From a virus: a stretch of DNA of 12,511 nt. Below are positions 1 through 7,348 of this stretch, one piece after another. Position numbers and translations under genes: made by a program. The notes under the pieces are model-generated. The model made no database searches. It saw only the letters and a program-made list of their open reading frames with translations, and was not told the origin of the DNA. The DNA lies in IMG/VR virus record IMGVR_UViG_3300031669_003253; one strand, given 5' to 3'. Position 1 is the first letter of the stretch. Each line of letters starts with the position of its first letter.

Positions 1-262
1 TCATGTACTCGTACGCAGCCTCGGCCACTCGTGCTCGCTCCTCCGGCGCCCAGTACATGACGTCAGCGTTCGGGTCGTCCAGCTCCGAGAAGTGGTGGAC
101 CCGATGGTATGGCTTAGCACACACGAACATGACGCCGTGCTCCCACGGGACCGAGACGTACTCCCGGCCGTGCGCGATGATGGTGATGTGGCCGCCGTCG
201 TCCAGCAGGCACAGCAGGCCGTTGACCTTGTCCCAGAACTTCCTGCACGGGTGCTCGGGCAT
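1..262 (-). CDS. hypothetical protein, partial (C-terminus runs off the window's left edge)
   Basis: Not in the ORF track because it has no stop inside the window. ATG at 262..260 is preceded by AGGAC (atagAGGActgacATG). The ORF stays open for 87 codons to position 1 (MPEHPCRKFWDKVNGLLCLLDDGGHITIIAHGREYVSVPWEHG...). Third codon positions are strongly G/C, matching the neighbouring genes. The start sits 1 nt after the stop of the upstream gene (TGAcATG). Confidence 0.5.
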   Translation of the reverse strand, partial: MPEHPCRKFWDKVNGLLCLLDDGGHITIIAHGREYVSVPWEHGVMFVCAKPYHRVHHFSELDDPNADVMYWAPEERARVAEAAYEYM

Positions 263-263
263 G

Positions 264-446
264 TCAGTCCTCTATTGCTTTGCGGAAGCGCTCGATCGCT
301 TCGTCCCTCGGCATCGGCTTCTTCAGGTCACCGTCACACTGGGCGCTGTTGTCAGCGACGAACGAACGGAACCGCTTGCAGTCCTTGGCGAACTCGTCGG
401 CCATGCGCTCGGCCCACTCCTTCGGCTTCATCGGTGTATCAGGCAT
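264..446 (-). CDS. hypothetical small protein (60 aa)
   Basis: Track ORF. High GC3. ATG at 446 overlaps the stop of the upstream gene by 8 nt (ATGCCTGA), so it fits the translationally coupled chain. No clean SD. An alternative ATG lies at 431. Confidence 0.45.
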   Translation of the reverse strand: MPDTPMKPKEWAERMADEFAKDCKRFRSFVADNSAQCDGDLKKPMPRDEAIERFRKAIED

Positions 447-789
447 GGGTCAACTCCGTGAGCTTCCTCACGTTGAGCTTATTGATCAGACATCGTCGGT
501 AGCGCTTGCCCGACATCACCGGAGTTAGGTCGGCCTTCAGGAGAGTGAGGTACGCGAACCACTCGATCATCTTGACGTCGACCTTGTGGCCAGAGTACCC
601 ACCACTTGGTGCTATCTCGTCGCAGCGCATGGGGCACCCGTTGTGCGGTTGGCCGTGCCAGGTGTAGATCTTGCCTACCTTGAGCGGGCATCGCTTGGTC
701 GCGATATCAACCAGCACTCGACGCCGGTGCGCGTGGGCGACCACAATTGCGTCGGTCGCCGTCTTCAGCTCTGCACTGAGCTGCTTCAT
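439..789 (-). CDS. hypothetical protein (~116 aa); an alternative start at 834 gives 131 aa
   Basis: Track ORF 439..1179 is over-extended. Its first ~130 aa are R/Q/G-rich low-complexity and overlap the HNH gene in another frame. Protein-like sequence begins at MKQLSAELKTATDAIVVAHAH.... The ATG at 789..787 overlaps the HNH TGA stop (ATGA). The in-frame ATG at 834 has a distant AAGGAG. Confidence 0.5.
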   Translation of the reverse strand: MKQLSAELKTATDAIVVAHAHRRRVLVDIATKRCPLKVGKIYTWHGQPHNGCPMRCDEIAPSGGYSGHKVDVKMIEWFAYLTLLKADLTPVMSGKRYRRCLINKLNVRKLTELTHA

Positions 790-1235
790 CGTAGGTCCGG
801 CCTTGCCTCGCCGTTTGTTATGTACCTGTGCCATTCCTCTTCCCTGTTCTCCTTCGGTGTGATCCACTCCAAGTTCGACAGGCGACAGTCGGTCTTCGGC
901 TCCTCGATGTGATGGCCCTCGTACTGTCCGTACTCGTCGTGCGGCGGTGGACCCATGAACGTGGTGAGCACGAGCACATGGAGCTTCACCGTCTTCCTCT
1001 TGTTGTTGATCCACAGGTTGACGACAGGATAGCCTTTGTTGTCCGGCGAGGCCGCCTTGAACCTGTAGCTCTTGCCCGCCTCGAAGTTCACGCCGGGTCC
1101 GCCAGCGATCCTGATCACGCGGCCGAGATTGGACACCATGTACGCCGTCTCGTAGCCGGGGTAGGGGACCGGAGTCCACACCTCGTGCTCGGGATTACGC
1201 GCTGTCTTGATGTCACCATCCCAGAAGTCGAACAC
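786..1235 (-). CDS. HNH homing endonuclease (NUMOD4-like N-terminal motif plus HNH_3-type nuclease motif)
   Basis: The translation carries EVWTPVPYPGYETAYMVSNLGRVIRI, which is the NUMOD4 pattern. It also carries KGYPVVNLWINNKRKTVKLHVLVLTTFMGPPPHDEYGQYEGHHIEEPKTDCRLSNLEWITPKENR, which matches the HNH_3 signature HxL...HH(I/K)DG...N..SNLE. The GTG start at 1235 has GGGAAGGG 9 nt upstream. It has its own promoter-like element directly upstream. Confidence 0.85.
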   Translation of the reverse strand: MFDFWDGDIKTARNPEHEVWTPVPYPGYETAYMVSNLGRVIRIAGGPGVNFEAGKSYRFKAASPDNKGYPVVNLWINNKRKTVKLHVLVLTTFMGPPPHDEYGQYEGHHIEEPKTDCRLSNLEWITPKENREEEWHRYITNGEARPDLR

Positions 1236-1258
1236 GCTTGGCGGCCCTTCCCGGTGCG

Positions 1259-1305
1259 ACCATACCTGAGAGGCTGCGCCGTGTCAATGATCTTCTTATG
1301 AAGAG
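1259..1305 (-). promoter_or_regulatory. sigma-70/SigA-like promoter F (TTGACA-17-TATGGT) with an upstream CTTCATAAG element
   Basis: On the minus strand the sequence reads TCTTCATAAGAAGATCA-TTGACA-cggcgcagcctctcagg-TATGGT-cgcaccGGGAAGGGccgccaagcGTG. The -35 is at 1287..1282 and the -10 at 1264..1259. The predicted TSS sits just before the SD. The CTTCAyAAG core is shared with promoters A-C. This is an AT-rich island in a ~65% GC background. Confidence 0.45.
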
Positions 1306-1307
1306 AA

Positions 1308-1658
1308 TCAGACGCCCTGCTCCGGCCCAGGCTCGGCCTTGCCCTTCGGGTTGTCGATCGACTCGGCCTGGGCGACCACGGGCAGGTCCTCGACCTCGCC
1401 GGACTCCAGGTTGACCTTGCCTACCAGGCCGTAGCGCCAGCCGATGCACCCGTTGGGTCCGGAGATGTCGGGGTAACGCTTGGGTGCCGTCTTGAGCGTG
1501 CAACCCGGTCCCACCTTCAGGAAGCGGAGGTGACCCAGCTCCACGCTACCCATATCGGCGTTCTGGTACGCGTACCACTCGCCCCCCTCAGCGCTCTCGC
1601 GCATCTGCTGCAGGGCCTCCTCGTGTGGCTTCTCGTCTCCGATTATCCTGCGGGCCAT
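1308..1658 (-). CDS. hypothetical protein (116 aa)
   Basis: Track ORF 1308..1958 is over-extended. Its first 100 aa are an R/G/A-rich artefact. The real start is ATG 1658..1656 with GGGAGAG 8 nt upstream (gaagGGAGAGtaggaaATG). High GC3. Product begins MARRIIGDEKPHEEALQQMRESAEGGEWYAYQNADMGSVELGHLRFLKVGPG.... Confidence 0.55.
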   Translation of the reverse strand: MARRIIGDEKPHEEALQQMRESAEGGEWYAYQNADMGSVELGHLRFLKVGPGCTLKTAPKRYPDISGPNGCIGWRYGLVGKVNLESGEVEDLPVVAQAESIDNPKGKAEPGPEQGV

Positions 1659-1699
1659 GTTCCTACTCTCCCTTCGAGAGAAAACGCCTGAGAATCGAT

Positions 1700-2071
1700 C
1701 TATGTGAGCCTGAAGTGGCTCCTGAGCTTCTTGATCGCCAGGTCGATGCCCGCGAGCCTGTGCTCGTGACCACCCGCCGGGCTGTATGTCTGCTCCTCGC
1801 GCAGCGTCTCCAGGACCCGAATGGCCTCCAGCGCCGTCCGATCGGTGTCGGTGAACTTGTAGCTGCCACCGTTGGGGTAGAGCACCCGCACAGGCAGCCA
1901 CGGACCAGGTCCACCGATCGGGCGCCGGTAGATCGCCTGGGGTGTCTTGTCCCGGCACGCCACCGCCTGCGCCGACGAGAACGCGGTGCGCCTAACCAAG
2001 CCGGTCGTCTTGTCCTCGCTCGGCTTGTCTGCCTCGATCGCAACGAACCGATAGTTGTACTTGTATCTCAC
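1700..2071 (-). CDS. hypothetical protein (123 aa, GTG start)
   Basis: Track ORF 1700..2254 is over-extended. GTG at 2071..2069 overlaps the TGA of the upstream gene (GTGA). GGGAGG lies 6 nt upstream (gacGGGAGGcagtcGTG). The protein-like part begins VRYKYNYRFVAIEADKPSEDKTTGLVRRTAF.... Confidence 0.5.
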   Translation of the reverse strand: MRYKYNYRFVAIEADKPSEDKTTGLVRRTAFSSAQAVACRDKTPQAIYRRPIGGPGPWLPVRVLYPNGGSYKFTDTDRTALEAIRVLETLREEQTYSPAGGHEHRLAGIDLAIKKLRSHFRLT

Positions 2072-2412
2072 GACTGCCTCCCGTCTGACTTCGTCCTTGC
2101 CCTTGTGATCAGGAAGTCCATGACCGACGACCGGCTCAGCGACTTCGCCTGCTCGCCGTACTTCTTCCGAGTCTTCGCGAGCAACAGGTCGAGCAACTGC
2201 GCGAGATCCTTGTCGATCGACTGCCCCTTCTTGCGCTGCGCGTCTATCTCCCACACGTCCTCACTGGTCAGGTGGCCAGGCACCATCTCGCGCAGCGACG
2301 CCGCCATCGAGGTTGCCTGGCGTGCAGCGTGCATCTCCAACCAACAGCGGTTACGCTCGCTGATGGTTACCGCCGACATGCGGCCGTTGATCCCCGTTCC
2401 GTACCGAGTCAT
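2068..2412 (-). CDS. hypothetical protein (114 aa)
   Basis: Track ORF 2068..2529 is over-extended. ATG 2412..2410 overlaps the TGA of the upstream gene (ATGA). GGGAGGGG lies 6 nt upstream. Product begins MTRYGTGINGRMSAVTISERNRCWLEMHAARQ.... Confidence 0.6.
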   Translation of the reverse strand: MTRYGTGINGRMSAVTISERNRCWLEMHAARQATSMAASLREMVPGHLTSEDVWEIDAQRKKGQSIDKDLAQLLDLLLAKTRKKYGEQAKSLSRSSVMDFLITRARTKSDGRQS

Positions 2413-2636
2413 CGTCGCCCCTCCCTCAGGTCTTCCAACACGTCCAGGTGTACGGTGCCATCGGGGCTCAGGATGCCCTGGACGATCAACGACTTCGCGG
2501 TGCGTCCGTAGCTGCCCTGCAGCTGCCACGCCATGCCGGACTCGACCAGCTTGCCGAAGAAGACGATTGTCTCCTCCACATCCATCTCTCCCTGCTCGTA
2601 CCTGATGACGTCATCGACATCGGGCATCATCGTCAT
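2409..2636 (-). CDS. hypothetical small acidic protein (75 aa)
   Basis: Track ORF 2409..2774 is over-extended. ATG 2636..2634 overlaps the TGA of the 501-aa gene (ATGA). Product begins MTMMPDVDDVIRYEQGEMDVEETIVFFGKLVESGMAWQLQGSYGRTAKSLIVQGILSPDGTVHLDVLEDLREGRR. Confidence 0.55.
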   Translation of the reverse strand: MTMMPDVDDVIRYEQGEMDVEETIVFFGKLVESGMAWQLQGSYGRTAKSLIVQGILSPDGTVHLDVLEDLREGRR

Positions 2637-4138
2637 GCTGCACTCTCCTCTTCTACGCGCCGGAGCACCGACACGCGGTTGACCTTCGTCTGCGGCACGC
2701 CCTTGAACACGTCGTGACCCTTGACCGTCATCTTCGCTTCGACCGTCGTCCCGACCTCGACCGGCGAGTAGCACTCCTCAGCCTTGTTGTTGTACATGAA
2801 CGCAGAGCCTGTGAACCAGACGTAGACGTTGCCGTCAGCGTCCTGCATGTTGATGATGTCCAACGCGCCGAACTCAGTCTCGATCGTTCGGATCGACACG
2901 ACCTCGACCGTGCGTGTGAGGCGCTCCTTGACCGCGCCCTGGTACTGGCTCTTCGATGTGTCGAGAGCCTTCTGCTCGGCGTAGACATCGTCCATGTGGC
3001 GCAGGTAGGCGGGAACGATTGAACCCGCGTAGCCAGCCTGGCGGTACGTCGTGTACCCGTTCTTCGCGATCAGCTGGATCGAGTGCTCGTAGTCGTTCCT
3101 CGCGACCAGCTCCATCGCCGCCCACTTGACCGCGCCCTCGGCGACCTCGACGTCCTTCTCTCCGATGGCCAAGCGCTCGAACTCGGCCTTGATCTCACGG
3201 CGTTCATCGTCGGTGCGCGGCGGCAGTGCAACCTTCATGACCTTGTCGGCCGTCGCCGTCAACTTGTCGTTGTTGTACGCCTTCGAGCGTGATACCCAAC
3301 CGTCGACGCGGATGTACGCGTTCGTCACCTTCAGGAACCACTCCAGCTCAATCTCAGGGTCCTCACGCATCTCCTGGACGCCGCCGCCCGCGTTCAACTC
3401 GTCGAGCCAGGTGCGCAGCTGCGAGTACAGGTTGAGGACCTGCGTCGGGTGCATGTGGCCGGTGAAGTCCTTGAGGCAGGTCTTGCCAACCATCTTCAGC
3501 TCGCCGGTCTCGTTCATGAGGATGACCGTGTCCTTGCGGCGGCGCTTCGTGTTGCAGTGCTCGCAGCTCTGGCCGACAGTGCGGTACTGCTCCAGGTCAA
3601 TGTCTTCCATGCCGGGGAAGCGGCGGAAGATGTTGCCGGACTCGGTGTGGTCTACGAGCGCGACGAGCGACCAGCCTTCGAGCTTCGGGCTGTTGCCGTG
3701 GACAGAGACCTCGTTGATCAGGTACTTGAACTTGATCATCTCGCCCGTGATCGCGTGGCGCTTCTCGGCCTCGACCTCGAAGTCCGGGCCGACCGTCAGC
3801 TCAATCGAAGCACAGCCGAGCTTGGCGGCGCGGCGGTTGAGCACCTTGATCTTCTTCTCGATGACCGGGACCATCTCGTGGCGAGCCTCGACAATGTACA
3901 CGTCCAGCTCGCACTCGATGCGGTAGACGTCCGACCACAGCATCGACCAGTCGCGCTCGCCCTTGCCGAAGTCGTCGGCATCGTCCTGCTGGTCGATCTG
4001 GTCGCGCACCCACTGGCGGAGGCCGCCCGACTCCTTGATGGAGTCGAGGACCTCAGCCGGGGTCATTGCTTCGTACACCGAGCTACTCGGGCCGAACCAG
4101 TACTGCAGGTCGCGGGCCATCTTCTCAGTCATCTTCAT
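2633..4138 (-). CDS. hypothetical protein (~501 aa) with a putative CxxC...C zinc-ribbon-like motif
   Basis: Track ORF starts at GTG 4153. The following AAGGAGG is a perfect SD placed 5 nt before ATG 4138 (GTGAAGGAGGcggatATGaagATGact), so I place the start at 4138. It is a long, high-GC3, non-repetitive protein. It carries SCEHCNTKRRRKDTVILMNETGELKMVGKTC. I recognise no family. Confidence 0.8.
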   Translation of the reverse strand: MKMTEKMARDLQYWFGPSSSVYEAMTPAEVLDSIKESGGLRQWVRDQIDQQDDADDFGKGERDWSMLWSDVYRIECELDVYIVEARHEMVPVIEKKIKVLNRRAAKLGCASIELTVGPDFEVEAEKRHAITGEMIKFKYLINEVSVHGNSPKLEGWSLVALVDHTESGNIFRRFPGMEDIDLEQYRTVGQSCEHCNTKRRRKDTVILMNETGELKMVGKTCLKDFTGHMHPTQVLNLYSQLRTWLDELNAGGGVQEMREDPEIELEWFLKVTNAYIRVDGWVSRSKAYNNDKLTATADKVMKVALPPRTDDERREIKAEFERLAIGEKDVEVAEGAVKWAAMELVARNDYEHSIQLIAKNGYTTYRQAGYAGSIVPAYLRHMDDVYAEQKALDTSKSQYQGAVKERLTRTVEVVSIRTIETEFGALDIINMQDADGNVYVWFTGSAFMYNNKAEECYSPVEVGTTVEAKMTVKGHDVFKGVPQTKVNRVSVLRRVEEESAA

Positions 4139-4159
4139 ATCCGCCTCCTTCACACCTGC

Positions 4160-4220
4160 AGTATACCAGATACGGCACCCGAGTCAACGACGAAGTTGAA
4201 AAACTTGTGAAGTTTTTCAA
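4160..4220 (-). promoter_or_regulatory. promoter module A: TTGACT-16-TGGTATACT with two dyad elements
   Basis: On the minus strand the sequence reads TTGAAAAACTTcacAAGTTTTTCAA (perfect 11-bp inverted repeat, 4196..4220), then cttcgtcg, then TTGACT (4187..4182), then a 16-nt spacer ending in TG, then TATACT (4165..4160). The -10 lies inside the dyad GCCGTATctggtATACTGC. The predicted TSS is ~4153, immediately 5' of the SD AAGGAGG. It is one of 4 near-identical copies (A-D). Confidence 0.6.
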
Positions 4221-4221
4221 C

Positions 4222-4264
4222 CGCCAAAACGGCCGCACCACCGGCCTGTCTGGTGGTGCGGCCG
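4222..4264 (-). terminator. intrinsic terminator-like hairpin after the 352-aa gene
   Basis: The minus-strand RNA forms CGGCCGCACCACC-agacaggcc-GGTGGTGCGGCCG-UUUUGG. This is a 13-bp GC-rich perfect stem with a 9-nt loop and a U4 tract. It starts 9 nt after the stop at 4273 and sits immediately before promoter A. Confidence 0.5.
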
Positions 4265-4272
4265 TTGCTGTA

Positions 4273-5331
4273 CTACTTGCCCGCCAGCGCGACCGCTGCG
4301 TCGAAGGCCCGTGCCTTCTCCTTCGCCCGCGATCCGAACAGCAACGACTCGTCGGCGTTGCTGCCCTCGCGCCAGTCCGAGTTCTCGGTGACCGCGTTGT
4401 ACGCCGCCCACGCCGTCCCGCGCATATCCTCGCGGTCGAACTTCGCGTAGCACTCGCGTGCCAGCTCGCGCAGGGATTCGGCCCGACCCATCAGCTGCTG
4501 GTGTCGGAGTTCGGCGAGCTTGATCGTTGCCATCTGATCCGCATCGAGGTCCTTCGTGTACACCGTGCGCTCCTCCTCGGTGGGGAACTGCTCGTAGAGT
4601 ATGCGCAGCTTGCGCGGCATCGCCGGGTCGGGATACGCCGCCAGGAAGATCTCCTCGGCCTCATCGACGGTCAGTGTCTTCCGCGCCAGCGCCTCGCACA
4701 GCTCCTGCGTCTTGTTCTTCGCCTCGTGGAACTTCTTGACGATGTCGGCAGCGAGCTTCATCTGCTCCAGGGAGTCTGCTTCGTGCGGGATCTTGATGTT
4801 GATGTTGGCCGAGCTGATCGCCATGCTCAGCGTGTTGTTGCAGACCGTGCGGACCGGCGTGTGCAGGACGTGGTGACTGATCCCTGGCTTCATCGAGATG
4901 GCCACGGTGATGTAGCTGATGACCTGGTCGCCGAGCACGTTCCACTCCTCGGCCTTGAAGCTGACGAAGCAGATCGCGCCGTGCTTGATTAGACCTGCGG
5001 TCTCGACGGGGTACGTTTCCGACAGCTTGTCAAAGACCTTCGCGCAGGCGACGTACGATTCGAGCTTCCAGCTGTCAGACGCGATGCCGAACTGCCGAGG
5101 GACGTAGTCGTCCTTCATCGGCTTGCGGACGATCGCGACCTGGTTCGACTTGTACTCCTTGCCGTCGAGCCAGTAGGTCATCGGGAGCTTCACGACCTCG
5201 GCGTCCTTCGTGACTTCCTCGACCCACTCCGACGCCGTGGCCTGCTCGCCCTTCTTGGCAGTGCGACCGATCCGGTGCCAGCCTGGCGTCTCCCGCGCTA
5301 CGAACCTGTCTCCAACTAGCTCATGTGCCAT
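4273..5331 (-). CDS. hypothetical protein (352 aa)
   Basis: Track ORF. ATG 5331 has AAAGGGGA 7 nt upstream. High GC3 and a non-repetitive globular-looking sequence. No family assigned with confidence. Confidence 0.8.
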   Translation of the reverse strand: MAHELVGDRFVARETPGWHRIGRTAKKGEQATASEWVEEVTKDAEVVKLPMTYWLDGKEYKSNQVAIVRKPMKDDYVPRQFGIASDSWKLESYVACAKVFDKLSETYPVETAGLIKHGAICFVSFKAEEWNVLGDQVISYITVAISMKPGISHHVLHTPVRTVCNNTLSMAISSANINIKIPHEADSLEQMKLAADIVKKFHEAKNKTQELCEALARKTLTVDEAEEIFLAAYPDPAMPRKLRILYEQFPTEEERTVYTKDLDADQMATIKLAELRHQQLMGRAESLRELARECYAKFDREDMRGTAWAAYNAVTENSDWREGSNADESLLFGSRAKEKARAFDAAVALAGK

Positions 5332-5377
5332 GTTTCCCGTCCCCTTTCGGTGGGGCTTCCGGCCCCACGCTGGTAGA

Positions 5378-5426
5378 AGTATATCAGATACTGCCTCTGA
5401 GTCAAGAAAAACTTGTGAAGTTTTTC
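5378..5426 (-). promoter_or_regulatory. promoter module B: TTGACT-16-TGATATACT with an upstream dyad
   Basis: On the minus strand the sequence reads GAAAAACTTcacAAGTTTTTC (5426..5406), abutting TTGACT (5405..5400), then a 16-nt spacer, then TATACT (5383..5378). The -10 dyad reads GCAGTATctgatATACTTC. The stop codon of the upstream gene (5425..5427) lies inside the dyad, so there is no room for a terminator. Confidence 0.6.
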
Positions 5427-5967
5427 AGACCACGTACTTCACGAACCGACAGACGTCCTCGGCGCGGACCTCGTCGCAGTAGGTGAAGAGCACCGTGAGC
5501 GCCTTCGCCTGCGGCGTGTCGCTGTTCTTCATCTCGCGGCGGAAGCCCGTGTTCGTCACCATCAGGGACTCACCGAACCTGGGCATGCCGCTCACCTGCA
5601 GCATGAGCTTGTCGCCGTAGTCGAGCACGTCGCCCTCTACGTTCTTGGTATGGACGTCGTCGCCCTGGGTCAGCGCGAACTTGTGGCGGGCCACCAGCTC
5701 GTTGGCCTGCTTGACCTCGGGCGGCACGTAGCTGGCACCGAGCCCCGCCTTGTCGGCGACGTTCGATCCCTCCTTGTAGCCGCGCTCGTAGTCCTCGACG
5801 TACTTCCGGGTCGGGCTGACCGTCGAGAACCCCGCGAAGCCGTGCCGCAGTCCGGTGCGGTAGTGCGCCGCGCCCTGCTTCGTCGCGCTGCCCAACTGCG
5901 GCAGCCACTGCACCCTCTTGCCGTGCGCCTGCAACTTGATCACCGTGAGTCCGTACCTCTTTGCCAT
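5425..5967 (-). CDS. hypothetical protein (180 aa)
   Basis: Track ORF starts at GTG 6000, which overlaps the upstream gene by 19 nt. I prefer ATG 5967, with AAAGGGGA 7 nt upstream and 14 nt after the upstream stop. High GC3. Product begins MAKRYGLTVIKLQAHGKRVQWLPQLG.... Confidence 0.65.
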   Translation of the reverse strand: MAKRYGLTVIKLQAHGKRVQWLPQLGSATKQGAAHYRTGLRHGFAGFSTVSPTRKYVEDYERGYKEGSNVADKAGLGASYVPPEVKQANELVARHKFALTQGDDVHTKNVEGDVLDYGDKLMLQVSGMPRFGESLMVTNTGFRREMKNSDTPQAKALTVLFTYCDEVRAEDVCRFVKYVV

Positions 5968-5981
5968 GTCCGTCCCCTTTC

Positions 5982-6995
5982 CTAGTTCGGTCCGCCGCAC
6001 GAGCGGAAGGCGCCCGCCGGAAGTTCCCAGTCCTTGACCGTCACCATGAACGCCGGGTACTGCGTCGACATCGCGAGCGTCGCCTGCCGCGTCTCGCTCT
6101 CGATCTGCTCGTACACCGCGCCCTTATCGGCCTCTTCGACGATCGACGTCTTGCGCTTGATCGTGCAGTCGAACTCAGTCTCGTACGACGCGATCTTCTC
6201 GAAGCGCGTCGGGTCGAGGGCGCGGATCGTCGCCCACTGGTTCTTGTCGCCGAAGATGCAGGCCATGCAGCTGACGCGGCCAAAGCCCAGGTGGTATGCC
6301 GGGTGCGGGTTGATCGACCAGCGCTTGATGATGTCCCACACCTGCTGCTCGCTCCAGTCGATGACCGAGCGCCACTGGTGGACGGTGCGGCTCTTCGTGT
6401 TCGACTTGTGTGACTCGACCTCGGCGTAGCGAGCCCGGTTCGCCGACTCTTCACGCCGCTCACCGGTGAGGACGCAGAGCTTCTTGCCCTTGAGCGCCGG
6501 GTCGTTGTTGATCGCTCGCGTGCAGACGTCGATCTTGAGGTAGGACGAGCACCAGCGGACCGACAGGTCGGCCGACACCTGGGGGAACTTGCGGCGGGTG
6601 GCCTTCTTGCCACGGGCGCTCGGCGCGGCGTACTTGATCTCGCCGTCCTGTGTCTCGAAGTACGCACCCTTGGTCATCGCGTCCTCGCGGAGCATCTCGC
6701 CCTCGAAGCCCTGGTCCTTCCACTGGTACAGCAGGCGGATGCCGAGGTGCCTCGCGACGGTCTCGCAGTACGCCTCGGTCACGTTCCAGTCCATCAGGCG
6801 CTCGTCGGTCTCACCGTCGATCCGCTGGTGCCAGAGCTGGATCTTCGCCTTGTCGACACCGCGCTCCAGGAGGTCGAGCACCATCGCGAGCGAGTCCTTG
6901 CCGCCCGAGAAGCTGACGATGAACAGGTCGTACTCGTTGAGGTCGAGCAGGTCGGCCGTGTTCGGTCGCGTCTCGTTCTTCACTCGCTTCGTCAT
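5982..6995 (-). CDS. PP-loop ATP pyrophosphatase of the PAPS-reductase family (CysH/DndC/QueC-like)
   Basis: DLFIVSFSGGKDSLAMVLDL is the SGGxDS PP-loop fingerprint. The domain length fits the PAPS-reductase fold, and there is a C-terminal CMAC pair. ATG 6995 has GGGAGGA 6 nt upstream. This family is common in actinophages. Confidence 0.8.
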   Translation of the reverse strand: MTKRVKNETRPNTADLLDLNEYDLFIVSFSGGKDSLAMVLDLLERGVDKAKIQLWHQRIDGETDERLMDWNVTEAYCETVARHLGIRLLYQWKDQGFEGEMLREDAMTKGAYFETQDGEIKYAAPSARGKKATRRKFPQVSADLSVRWCSSYLKIDVCTRAINNDPALKGKKLCVLTGERREESANRARYAEVESHKSNTKSRTVHQWRSVIDWSEQQVWDIIKRWSINPHPAYHLGFGRVSCMACIFGDKNQWATIRALDPTRFEKIASYETEFDCTIKRKTSIVEEADKGAVYEQIESETRQATLAMSTQYPAFMVTVKDWELPAGAFRSCGGPN

Positions 6996-7019
6996 GCTTG
7001 TCCTCCCTTGTCTGGTAGC

Positions 7020-7072
7020 AGTATACCAGATACTGCACCCCAGTCAAGAGTCAATCTGAAAAACTTGTGAAG
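7020..7072 (-). promoter_or_regulatory. promoter module C: tandem TTGACT, 16-nt spacer, TGGTATACT
   Basis: On the minus strand the sequence reads TTGATTTTCTTCACAAGTTTTTCAGA-TTGACTC-TTGACT (7047..7042)-ggggtgcagtatctgg-TATACT (7025..7020). The -10 lies in the perfect dyad GCAGTATctggtATACTGC. The CTTCACAAG core is conserved, but the left arm of the upstream dyad is altered. The TSS is ~7013, just 5' of the SD GGGAGGA. Confidence 0.6.
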
Positions 7073-7076
7073 AAAA

Positions 7077-7325
7077 TCAACCGATCGGGTGCGCCCGCTC
7101 GGCGGCCTCGTTCGCGGCGTCCTGCTGTTCCATCGACTCGACCTTCATCGCCTCGTGCATCGCCTCGTCCCAGCTGTCCTCGTCGAAGACGTCGATGAAG
7201 AACTCGCGCAGGGCCGACCGCTTGATCTGTGACTTCTCGTCACGGGCCGCGTCGTAGCGGAGGCAGTCACAAGCCGCCAGGTAAACCAGAGCCTTCTCTT
7301 CCGCCGTCAGTTCGTTCGTGGCCAT
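7077..7325 (-). CDS. hypothetical small acidic protein (82 aa)
   Basis: Track ORF. ATG 7325 has AAGAGAGG 7 nt upstream. High GC3. It is driven by promoter D. Its stop lies inside promoter module C. Confidence 0.65.
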   Translation of the reverse strand: MATNELTAEEKALVYLAACDCLRYDAARDEKSQIKRSALREFFIDVFDEDSWDEAMHEAMKVESMEQQDAANEAAERAHPIG

Positions 7326-7348
7326 GGGAACCTCTCTTTCGTGTTAGC

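Noticed and set aside
439-2774. N-terminal extensions of track ORFs 439..1179, 1308..1958, 1700..2254, 2068..2529 and 2409..2774
   Set aside because: The extensions overlap the preceding gene in another frame and are low-complexity. Internal starts with SD motifs and ATGA/GTGA coupling explain the data better.
2633-4138. LDTSKSQ as a vWA/MIDAS (DxSxS) motif, which would suggest a TROVE or vWA vault-associated protein; and MVGKT as a Walker A motif
   Set aside because: No preceding hydrophobic beta-strand, no downstream MIDAS T/D residues, and no GxxxxGK[ST] spacing. The motifs are isolated.
3-4992. Long plus-strand ORFs: 3..461, 92..502, 828..1301, 1625..2605 (326 aa), 3126..3926, 3449..4210, 4066..4992 (308 aa), and also 7396..8154, 9166..9657 and 11028..11624
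   Set aside because: All are R/A/P/G/S-rich low-complexity translations. They lie antisense to convincing high-GC3 minus-strand genes and have no SD-linked starts. They are typical GC-rich antisense artefacts.
6041-6667. Minus-strand 208-aa ORF made of R/S/T/A repeats
   Set aside because: It is an alternative frame inside the PAPS-reductase gene. Its composition is non-protein-like.
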